Source: a virus
IMG/VR virus record: IMGVR_UViG_3300032325_000466
Coordinates: 32,001 to 96,000 of that record
Length of the DNA: 64,000 nucleotides
Strand: one strand, 5' to 3'
Shown here piece after piece: positions 50,914-61,000 of the stretch. Under the pieces are notes generated by a model. The model ran no database searches and was not told where the DNA came from. It saw only the letters and a list, made by a program, of their open reading frames with translations. Position numbers and translations under genes: made by a program. Numbering within the stretch: the stretch's first letter is position 1; every line of letters starts with the position of its first letter.

Positions 50914-53900
50914 ATGCCATATGATATTTTTAAACCAAAAGGACCTGCCAAAGGAACCCAATCTAATGCCGGCGGCGCTGTTACCAGACCAACTCCGATA
51001 TTTGGTGTTGTAAAAGATAACATTGATCCGATTAGATCAGGTAGATTGCGCGTTTATATAGCTGATATGGGCGGAAAAAATCCAGAAAATGAGCGATCTT
51101 GGATAACAGTAAATTATATGTCTCCTTTCTTTGGATTCACTAGTGGTAGTCCACCTAATACTGGTTGGGGAGGCTATGTAGAAAACTCAGCATCTTATGG
51201 TATGTGGACTAGTCCGCCCGACATAGGAACTACTGTTATATGTATATTTGTCAATGGTGACTTAAATTATGGGTATTGGATAGGATGTGTACCTGAACCT
51301 GAAAAACTATATATGGTGCCTGCTATTGGCGGCGCCGAAGATATTGTTGCAAATCAGGGAGAAGCAGATAGTTATGGCGGCGCAACTAGATTACCGGTAA
51401 GTAATATTAACACTAATAATAATAAAATAAATGATTCAGAGGTATTTTTTGATCAACCAAAGCCAGTGCATAGTTATGCAGCAACGGTGTTATCACAGCA
51501 AGGACTACTACGAGATCCAATTAGAGGACCTATCGGATCAAGCGCACAACGAGAAACACCTTCTAGAGTTGGATTTGGGGTAAGTACTCCAGGAAGACCA
51601 ATATATGCTGGTGGCTATACAGATGAAACCCTAGGTAGTGCAGACAGCGCAGCTAAAACACAAATAATTTCTCGTAGAGCGGGCCATAGTATTGTAATGG
51701 ATGACGGAGATATCTCTGGCAGAGATCAGCTAATAAGATTAAGAACCTCTCTAGGTCATCAGATTTTAATGAGTGATGATGGTCAAACGCTATTCATTAT
51801 TCATGCAAATGGCCAAAGTTATATTGAGTTAGGTAAAGAAGGTACAATAGATATGTACTCAACTAACTCAGTTAATATTAGAACTCAGGGTGATTTAAAT
51901 CTACACGCAGATAATAATATCAATATCAATGCAGCTAAAGATTTAACCATGAAAGCTAAAACTATTAAATTAGAATCAGAAGAAAGTACTACACACAGAG
52001 TTGGTACAGATTACAGTATGCAGGTAATGGGTCAATATACAGTAAAAGTAAATGGACAACTAAGTTTTGCAGCAGGTGCTGATGCGTCTTTTGCTAGCAG
52101 CGGCGTAGCATACATTAAAGGAAGCAAAGTAAATCTTAACACAGGACAAACTTCTGCTACCCCAAAGGAAGTCAAACCTATTCCTGTTATAGCACATACT
52201 GATACACTAAATGACGCTACTAAGGGATGGCTAGCTGCACCAGGAAAACTAACCAGTATAGTAAGTCGCGCCCCGGCACATGCACCGTGGGCTAACGCTA
52301 ATCAAGGGGTAGATGTTAAAATAGATAATAGTGCAGGTGCGTCACTACCCACAGCTCCTTCTACTACTATTGCTAATACTAATGGTGCGGTACCCGCACA
52401 ACCAACTAACCCAACATCACCTGCCCTATCCTCTACAGCACCACCTGTGCCCCCAGTTAGTAAGGCTATCGATAAGGGTACAGCAACATCAATGGTAAGT
52501 CAAACAGCAGCGTCAGCGGCTAATGGTCCAGCAAAAGAAGCCGTGGCAGCAGGTCAAGGGGTAGTGGATACGCCGCAAGGTAAGGTAGCTGCTATAGGGC
52601 CATTAGCACAAAGTCCAGAACAAATGGAAGCCGCCGGCATACTTAAACCAGGTTCAGCCGCGCTAATAAAGTCATTGATACAGAGTGGAAAAACCCTAGA
52701 AGAAGCAATGACTCCAAATTTATTTACAGGCAAAGTTGGCTCTGAATCATTGGGCGCATATGCAAATAATTTACTTGCTCAAATCGATACTCAGGTAAAA
52801 GGATTTAAAATAGCACAAAGCAATTTAATTAATAGTGGACTGATCACAGGGAAAGAATCAGGAACTCAACTGGCTGGTGTTGTTATGTCGGCAGCAACTG
52901 TTGGCATACCACAAACTATAGGGTTCATACAAAATGCAGCAACTCAAACTCTAGCTGGAGCACAGGCTAGTTTAGCAGCAGCGGCCCGAGCACCCATTAA
53001 TAGTGTATTAGGAAGCGTAGCAGACAATTTATCAGCTGGTAAATTTTCAGCAGCTTTAAATAATGGAGTCACTGGTGGACTAAGCTCATTGGGCGCATCA
53101 TTGGCGGGTATGGCTGGTGACTTAACAGGTAGATTAAGCTCACTTAGGGGAGCAGCAGCCGGCGCATTTGATGCAATAGCAAGTGCATTGCCTAAGCTTG
53201 AGGCTGGCATACCACAAAACTTGAAGAAGATTGCAGAAGGTGCAACCGCAACTGCAAATAATGAGGGGACAGACACTGCTGCTACAGTATCAAATCAACA
53301 AGCTGGTTCACAAAATGCTAGTGGAGTAGCAACAGGTACATCTAGTTCAGCATACAACCCATTTGCTGCACTTCAAAATGCAGGTAATACATTCGTAAAT
53401 ATTATACAAGCTCAACTAGATCCTGCTCTTAGAACAATTGACAGTATAGGACCAAATCTTCGTAAATTTGCAAATAACATAAGTTCAAGCAGTAGTGTAT
53501 CCGCAACCGGTATATCTTCATTGCCAGGTGGACAACAAGCTACTGTAATTGTAACTAATCTTAAAGATAATATAATTGGTACGGTAAACACGTTACCTGG
53601 CACGGATATAATTAAAGCTTTAATTGATTCTAAACTTGGTAACACAACAATTGGATTATCAACGGTAGACTCGGTGTTTACGGGTATAAATAATACCGCG
53701 ACTCAAGTTACAATTGCTGCAAAGAATGTGGGATCCGCTCTTGAAAATCTAACTACAGGTAAGGGATTATCTAGTTTAGCGCAGGCAGGATTGCCTGCAA
53801 GTGCGATAGCAAAAGTTGACGCATTGCTTAGTTCGTTTAGTTCAGGAGGTGCATCCTCAGTTAAAATGGCAACTGTAGCTACTAATACTGATGGTACTCG

Positions 53901-54051
53901 CACATCATTGGACGCACAAACTAAAGCACAATTAGATAATCCAGTGATACCTCCACCAAATTATGATAGATCGCTTACTGCACCAGAATCAAAAGAAATT
54001 ATAAATAATTTGGCTAAATTAGCGCTCGGTCCAACAGACTCAACCGTCTAA
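50914..54051 (+). CDS. central spike/VgrG-like protein (gp5-like) with long C-terminal extension
   Basis: GVVKDNIDPIRSGRLRVYI OB-fold, RTSLGHQILMSD, beta-helix NIRTQGDLNLHAD. Confidence 0.88.
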   Translation: MPYDIFKPKGPAKGTQSNAGGAVTRPTPIFGVVKDNIDPIRSGRLRVYIADMGGKNPENERSWITVNYMSPFFGFTSGSPPNTGWGGYVENSASYGMWTSPPDIGTTVICIFVNGDLNYGYWIGCVPEPEKLYMVPAIGGAEDIVANQGEADSYGGATRLPVSNINTNNNKINDSEVFFDQPKPVHSYAATVLSQQGLLRDPIRGPIGSSAQRETPSRVGFGVSTPGRPIYAGGYTDETLGSADSAAKTQIISRRAGHSIVMDDGDISGRDQLIRLRTSLGHQILMSDDGQTLFIIHANGQSYIELGKEGTIDMYSTNSVNIRTQGDLNLHADNNININAAKDLTMKAKTIKLESEESTTHRVGTDYSMQVMGQYTVKVNGQLSFAAGADASFASSGVAYIKGSKVNLNTGQTSATPKEVKPIPVIAHTDTLNDATKGWLAAPGKLTSIVSRAPAHAPWANANQGVDVKIDNSAGASLPTAPSTTIANTNGAVPAQPTNPTSPALSSTAPPVPPVSKAIDKGTATSMVSQTAASAANGPAKEAVAAGQGVVDTPQGKVAAIGPLAQSPEQMEAAGILKPGSAALIKSLIQSGKTLEEAMTPNLFTGKVGSESLGAYANNLLAQIDTQVKGFKIAQSNLINSGLITGKESGTQLAGVVMSAATVGIPQTIGFIQNAATQTLAGAQASLAAAARAPINSVLGSVADNLSAGKFSAALNNGVTGGLSSLGASLAGMAGDLTGRLSSLRGAAAGAFDAIASALPKLEAGIPQNLKKIAEGATATANNEGTDTAATVSNQQAGSQNASGVATGTSSSAYNPFAALQNAGNTFVNIIQAQLDPALRTIDSIGPNLRKFANNISSSSSVSATGISSLPGGQQATVIVTNLKDNIIGTVNTLPGTDIIKALIDSKLGNTTIGLSTVDSVFTGINNTATQVTIAAKNVGSALENLTTGKGLSSLAQAGLPASAIAKVDALLSSFSSGGASSVKMATVATNTDGTRTSLDAQTKAQLDNPVIPPPNYDRSLTAPESKEIINNLAKLALGPTDSTV

Positions 54052-54081
54052 ATACATAAACAACTTAGTATAAATATAATC

Positions 54082-54531
54082 ATGGCCACATATATCGGAT
54101 TCTCAACTATTAACGCTAATCAGCCCCGTTCTACCGATCTTGCTGCAGGAGTAGACGGAGGCACAGGCGGAACAGTAAAATCAATCAATATTGGTAAAAA
54201 ATACCGATTGCTAGACCAACCACTAGTAATACAAGACTTTATTAACGCACTTAATATACCTCAGGGACAAAAAGTAGGAAATCCTGCATATGGCACTACT
54301 CTTTGGTCGTTTATATTCGAACCCAATACCACTGACACCCAATTTCAACTTCAAGATGAAATCCAACGGGTAGCTGCTCAAGATCCTAGACTCATTGTAA
54401 ATTCGGTAAACACTTATACTCAGGAAAATGGTATATTAATTGAAATGGAGTTAGCTATAGCTCCCTTCAACAACCCACAAATGCTATCAGTGTTCTTTGA
54501 TAACGCTACAAATACCGCAACATTACAATAA
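54082..54531 (+). CDS. baseplate wedge subunit (gp25-like)
   Basis: GQKVGNPAYGTTLWSFIFEP...DPRL. Confidence 0.9.
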   Translation: MATYIGFSTINANQPRSTDLAAGVDGGTGGTVKSINIGKKYRLLDQPLVIQDFINALNIPQGQKVGNPAYGTTLWSFIFEPNTTDTQFQLQDEIQRVAAQDPRLIVNSVNTYTQENGILIEMELAIAPFNNPQMLSVFFDNATNTATLQ

Positions 54532-54575
54532 AAGTAGTGCTTTTAGGTATGATAAATACATAAAAGAGAATACAC

Positions 54576-57500
54576 ATGGCAACCTCCTCGCGACAATCAT
54601 CATTATTTGGCGTAAACGATTGGAAGGCAATATATCAGACCTTTCGTCAAGCTGACTTCAAAAGCTATGACTATGAGACTCTTAGAAAAAGTTTCATAGA
54701 CTATCTACGCACCTACTACCCTGAAACATTCAATGACTATATTGAGAGTAGCGAATTTATTGCGCTACTAGATGTTATGGCGTTCATGGGTCAAGGTCTT
54801 GCGTTTCGTAACGATCTTAATGCCCGCGAAAACTTTATTGATACTGCTGAACGCAGAGATAGCGTTATCAAATTAGCAAACTTAGTTAGCTACAACCCAA
54901 AAAGAAACATAGCAGGACAGGGATATATAAAAGTTAATACTATCCAAACAACAGAAAATCTTACTGATTTGAATGGGTTTAATTTGAGTAACTTACCTGT
55001 GCTTTGGAATGATCCAGTTAATGTGAATTGGTTAGAACAATTTAATACTATCATTAATGCAGCACTGATTAATGTGCAACGAGTTGGTCGTCCAGGAAAT
55101 AGTCAGACTCTACTAGGTATTAAAACAGACGAATATACACTTGCTATTCCTCCAGGTAACTTGCCCGTTATTCCATTTACATCACAAGTAGATGGTATTA
55201 ATATGAATTTTGAACTTGTAAGTGTAACCAGCGTTGATGAAGATTATGTATATGAAATACCACCTGCCCCATCAGGTAGATTTAACATGGTATATCGTAA
55301 TGATAAGTTGGGTTATGGTAGCCCCAATACAGGGTTCTTCTTTTACTTTAAACAGGGCACACTAACTAATTATGATTTTAATTTACCCCAACAGATATCA
55401 AATCAAGTAGTAGAGATTGGCAACATTCAAGGTATTAATAACACCGATACTTGGTTATATCAATTAAGCGCCGACAATGGAAATCAAACACTTTGGAAAG
55501 AAGTAGCCAGCGTATATGCAGACGCTCAACTACAAACAGAGTCTAGTTATAAGAAAATATTTTCTGTTATATCAAGATTTAATGACCAAGTTGCTTATTC
55601 ATTTGGTGACGGTGTATTTTCAGAAATCCCAGTTGGACCCTTTCGCTCATATGTTCGCGCCGGCAATGCGCTTACTTATACTATCGATCCAACTGAAATG
55701 CAAGGTATTTCAGTAACAATTAGCTATATTAGCAGAACAGGTAGAATAGAATCTCTGACGATTGGACTAGAACTACAACTTCCCGTAACCACAGCATTAG
55801 CTAGAGAATCATTGGCTGAAATCAAACTGCGAGCACCTGCCCGTTACTATACACAGAACCGTATGGTCAATGGTGAAGATTATAATAATTTTCCATATAC
55901 TCTATACAGTTCAATTATAAAAAGTAAAGCAATAAATCGTAGCTCAGTGGGAGTTTCAAAAAACTTAGACTTATTAGATCCAACTGGCAAATACAGCAGC
56001 ACAAACTCATTTGCAAATGATGGCGCTCTTTATCAAGATGGTTCAAACGGTGGTATCATAGCTACTGTTAATAATGTAAATGAAATTATTGCTGTTTTAA
56101 CAGACAAAATTTTACTCGCACTATCAGATAATCGTGCCAAACAATATTATCTTCAAAATTACCCAAGATATAATTTGAATCAGGCTTCAGGCGATGGTAT
56201 CGTATATTGGAATACTAGCACTGTAGATACCAATAGTATTACTGGTTATTTTTATAATCAAGTGTCTGGGACTGGTCAAGTGCCTATCCCTATAGGTACA
56301 TTCTCAAGTTATAATGCAAAATATATTACTAAGGGCGCACTAATCAAAGTAACCGCTCCATTAGGTTACTATTTTGATCAAAATCATAGATTGATATCTG
56401 GAATACCAACAACATCCGATATAACATACTATTGGACTACTGTTCTTAATGTTGTTGATGATGGTTATAACTTTGGTGAAGGTAACTTTGCAAATGGTAC
56501 GGGTCCTGTAACATTAAATGGATTCGTTCCAGGAGGCGCTGTCATTACAGTTGTAATACCAGTATTTACCAATGTATTACCAGATGTTGTTATCGCAGAA
56601 GCGATAACTAAAATGGAATTGAATCAAAGTTTCTCGCTACTCTTTAACAACGCACTAACAATTAATCAAATCCGATGGAGTATAGACACTTATAATACTA
56701 CTGGATGGTTCGTGAATTTCTTGAGTCAAGGTGCCGGCAGATATCAAATCTCATACCGCTCAATTAGATATTACTTTGGTAGCGTAGCGGATACTAGATT
56801 TACATTTGAAAATGGACAAGTAATTTATGATCCTTTTACTGGTAAAGTTTTAGCAGACTATGTAAAAGTACTAGAAACAAATACTCAGCCTAATTCTAAT
56901 TATCCTCTAACAACTCCTGTCCCAGTAACCGTAATTGGACAAACAGTAGAAAGTGATGGATATGTAAATGATTTTGAAGTTCAAGTTGCCAGTATTGATG
57001 TTAATGATAGAACAGTAGTTACTGATCCTGATTTCTTTACCACTGTTACAGGGTATGTAACAGGATCTAGTAATATTGGAATATACACTTTCTTTGAATT
57101 GATACAGGACCCAGTAAATTTATCTAGATATCAATTAATACCCACTGATGATGTAGCTTATCAGTATCCAACACAATCAGCGATTGAAGTAGTTAAATAT
57201 GACTACCCATTGGGACAACTATTTTATGCTTACGGTGAAACTGATTCAAATGGGCTATATAATGTATTCTATATTACTGTACAAGATCCTACAGTAACGA
57301 CCCCATATTATATATTAATAGCGCAGCCTCAATATTTAATGAGACCTGGTCGTCAAGGGTTACAATTCCAATATCGTCATAATAGTAATAATACTACTAG
57401 AATTGACCCTGCTACTACCAACATTATTGATTTATATTTGGTAACCCAAGCATATTATACTAGTTATACAAATTGGTTACAAGATACTACAGGTACTGTG

Positions 57501-57983
57501 CCTGAGCCATCAAGACCAACTATCAATGAACTACAGCAAGCATATGGTCAGCTAGACGATTATAAAATGTTGACTGATAGTCTTATATTAAATAGTGTAT
57601 ACTTTCAGCCACTATTTGGAACAAAGGCTGAGGCTCAATTGCAAGGAACAGTTAAAGTTATTAAGGCTCTGAATACTAGTGCAAGTGATAGTGAAATTCG
57701 TAGTGCGATATTATCTGCAATGAATGACTATTTCTCAATTAATAATTGGAATTTTGGGGACACATTTTATTTCTCTGAGCTAAGTGGGTACTTGCATACT
57801 ACATGCGGTGAACTAGTTAGCTCAGTAGTATTAGTGCCAAATGACCCTACAATGTCGTTTGGAGACTTATATGAGATAAAATCAGCCCCATATGAAATTT
57901 TCGTTAATGGTGCAAATGCTAACGATGTAATCGTTATTGCTGCATTGACCCCGGCTCAGCTACAGATAAGTACTAATAGATAA
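54576..57983 (+). CDS. baseplate wedge protein (gp6-like)
   Basis: SEFIALLD, ENFIDTAERRDSV..LA, RESLAEIKLRAP..YYTQNRMVNGEDY. Confidence 0.9.
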   Translation: MATSSRQSSLFGVNDWKAIYQTFRQADFKSYDYETLRKSFIDYLRTYYPETFNDYIESSEFIALLDVMAFMGQGLAFRNDLNARENFIDTAERRDSVIKLANLVSYNPKRNIAGQGYIKVNTIQTTENLTDLNGFNLSNLPVLWNDPVNVNWLEQFNTIINAALINVQRVGRPGNSQTLLGIKTDEYTLAIPPGNLPVIPFTSQVDGINMNFELVSVTSVDEDYVYEIPPAPSGRFNMVYRNDKLGYGSPNTGFFFYFKQGTLTNYDFNLPQQISNQVVEIGNIQGINNTDTWLYQLSADNGNQTLWKEVASVYADAQLQTESSYKKIFSVISRFNDQVAYSFGDGVFSEIPVGPFRSYVRAGNALTYTIDPTEMQGISVTISYISRTGRIESLTIGLELQLPVTTALARESLAEIKLRAPARYYTQNRMVNGEDYNNFPYTLYSSIIKSKAINRSSVGVSKNLDLLDPTGKYSSTNSFANDGALYQDGSNGGIIATVNNVNEIIAVLTDKILLALSDNRAKQYYLQNYPRYNLNQASGDGIVYWNTSTVDTNSITGYFYNQVSGTGQVPIPIGTFSSYNAKYITKGALIKVTAPLGYYFDQNHRLISGIPTTSDITYYWTTVLNVVDDGYNFGEGNFANGTGPVTLNGFVPGGAVITVVIPVFTNVLPDVVIAEAITKMELNQSFSLLFNNALTINQIRWSIDTYNTTGWFVNFLSQGAGRYQISYRSIRYYFGSVADTRFTFENGQVIYDPFTGKVLADYVKVLETNTQPNSNYPLTTPVPVTVIGQTVESDGYVNDFEVQVASIDVNDRTVVTDPDFFTTVTGYVTGSSNIGIYTFFELIQDPVNLSRYQLIPTDDVAYQYPTQSAIEVVKYDYPLGQLFYAYGETDSNGLYNVFYITVQDPTVTTPYYILIAQPQYLMRPGRQGLQFQYRHNSNNTTRIDPATTNIIDLYLVTQAYYTSYTNWLQDTTGTVPEPSRPTINELQQAYGQLDDYKMLTDSLILNSVYFQPLFGTKAEAQLQGTVKVIKALNTSASDSEIRSAILSAMNDYFSINNWNFGDTFYFSELSGYLHTTCGELVSSVVLVPNDPTMSFGDLYEIKSAPYEIFVNGANANDVIVIAALTPAQLQISTNR

Positions 57984-58002
57984 TATTTTTTAGAGAGTTA
58001 AG

Positions 58003-61000
58003 ATGGCAACTAGAATCCGCACACTGAATTTTTTACCAGACATATTTAGAACCCCTACCAATTCACAATTTTTGGGAGCTACCCTAGATCAAATAGTTGA
58101 TCAGCCCAATACGATGAAGATAGAGGGTTATGTTGGTAGTAAGTTTGGTTATGGAGTGAATGCTAAAGATTATTATGTCGTTGAACCTACTAAAACAAGA
58201 ACAGATTATCAGTTAGAGCCAGGTGTAGTTTTTACTAAAAAAGATACTTCAACCGCACAAGATTTTATTAGCTATCCTGGTATAGTAGATGCACTAAAGC
58301 TAGCTGGTGGCGTTACAAACAATAACGATAGATTGTTTAACAGTCAATTTTATTCATGGGACTCATTTACTAATTTAGATCCTCTTATCAACTACACACA
58401 ATACTATTGGATAAGTGACACCGCATTTCCAGCAGTTACTGTTTCAACTAATACAGTGTATAATAGCGGTGCATATGTAGTTACTAGTTTGCCAACCGGG
58501 TATGAAATAACTAGTGACACTGATCCAGTTGGATCTATTAATCCATCTATTACTTTACTACGCGGCGGAGTGTATACTTTTCAAGTTAGCCAAGCTACTC
58601 AATTTTGGATTCAAGGTCAACCAGGAATTACCGGTTATGATCCCGCTCAACCCAATATGCAAACACGAGATGTATTTGGCGTAACAAATAATGGGGCTAA
58701 TGTTGGATTAGTAACTTTTGCAGTACCTTATAAAGATGCACAAGATCAGTATATCTTTTCAGGAAATAATTTAGTTGATGTTGTATCTGATATACCATAT
58801 GATCAGATTAATGGTAAGTTGTTAAGTGAAATTGGCAACATCGATGGATTAACTTCACTTGAAGGTAAAACCGTTATGTTTTATGGTGACGTAAGTGCAA
58901 GTACTTACTTTTATCAAATTACATATACTGCAGGTCCTACCCCAACAGATCCTATTATTATATTAGTACCAACAGTTGGTATCCCCGTTAACGAAAAGAT
59001 AACTGCAACATCAGGTACTACATATATAGGAAGAAACTTTTATCGAAGCCCTGCCGGGCTGATCACTATAATACCTTATCTAAGTTCTCTACTAGATACG
59101 CTATATTATCAAGACGGAACTAATCCACTCCAAGTAGGTGTGATTAATCTTATTGAAAGTAACTTCACTGATATATTGGATGTTGATACTATTATAGGTA
59201 AAAAAACATACACCTCTCCCAATGGTGTAGTATTTACTAATGGATTAAAAGTAAGTTTTAGCGGAAATATAACTCCCGCTAGTTATAGTAATAATGAATA
59301 CTATGTTCAGGGTGTGGGGACTGCAATTAGCTTAATTCCTGTTACAGCGTTGGCTGTACCTGAATCATTTACTAAACAAAGTGCATCATATATACCATAT
59401 GATACAACTCCATATGATACAAAAAACTACGATGCCCAACTTTATGTACCAATCGATCAAGACTACATCACTATATCTAGAGATAGTATAGATAAAAATC
59501 CATGGTCAAGAAGTAATCGTTGGTTTCATACAGATGTTATTAACGCAACTGCTCAATACAATAATGATCCTACTATTGTCGATAGATATGCTACACAAGC
59601 TAACAAAGCTAAACGACCAATCATAGAATTTTATCCTAACTTAGGACTATTCAATAGTGGTATCGTAGGAAAAGCTCCCGTAGATTTTATTGATATTAGA
59701 ACTACAGACGCATTTAATCAAGTAGCCGGTCAAATAATTTATTATCCAGATGTAGCAGTGTTCACCTCAGAAACCGCTATTATTGCCGCTGCGACTTCAG
59801 CAACTTCTACTACGATACAAATTAATTCTAGCAGTATATTACCAGGATCAGGATCATTTGCAGTAGGTCAGTATATTACTGATTCTACCAATGTATTACC
59901 ATATAACACAACAATCTCTGCAATTTCTGGTACTACTGGAGTATTGACTATTACCGTAGAATGGCCCAATCCTGATACTATTGTCCCAACTGGGCCAGCT
60001 TCCCTTGTAGCTAACCCCAGCCCTAATGATAACTACGCTATCTTTGATGGCGCTAGAATTGTTTTTACAAACGATACTAATATTAATGTTAGAAATAAAA
60101 TATATGTAGCTAGATTTTCAATCATAATTCCTAATGTACAAACGGTTATTACGCTTACTGAAGCAGACGATGGCTTAGTTTTACCCAATGAACAAACAGT
60201 TGCTTATAAAGGATACTATAATCAAGGAAAAGGTTGGTACTTTGACGGATTAAATTGGTACGAAGCGCAACAAAAAATAACTGTAAATCAGCCCCCACTG
60301 TTTGATATTTTTGACGGAGATAATATAAGCTTAGGCAATCCCGAAGTATATGCAGGTACTTCCTTTAAGGGAAATAAATTATTTGCATATGCAATTGGTT
60401 CAGGAACTAATGATCCAATCTTGGGGTTTCCACTTAAGTATGTTACAATCGGTGGCTTAGTAGGAGACATAAGTTTTGATGTGTCACTAAACTCTGATAC
60501 TTTTAATTATGTCAGAGGTTCTAAGTCAATCACACAAAAAGTTAATACAGGTTATGTATATAACTACAGTGATATTGATACATATGCAAGACAATTGGGT
60601 TGGCAAACCGCAGTTGCGCCTAGCAGACAATATCAACTATTTTCAGCAGACTATGACAAAACACTTTTAACCCAACAATCTACTGTTGATCCTCTTTACC
60701 CTGATACTACCACGACTAGAAATGTTTTTGTAGTTGAGTGTGATATCGCTGCCGATCTTACAAGTATTTGGCCTTATCTACAAGTTTCTAGAAATAATGA
60801 TATATTGGCACCCACTCAATACACTAGTATAGTTTCGGATACTACCACTACTGTAATTATTGATGTTGATGAGCCATTAATTGAAACAGTATATCAGATA
60901 GCAATTCTAAGCAATCAGGTAAGTTCTACCGCGTTTTACCAAATACCTATTAATTTAAATAATAATCCGCTAAACGAAGAAATAACTACTCTTAATGTAG

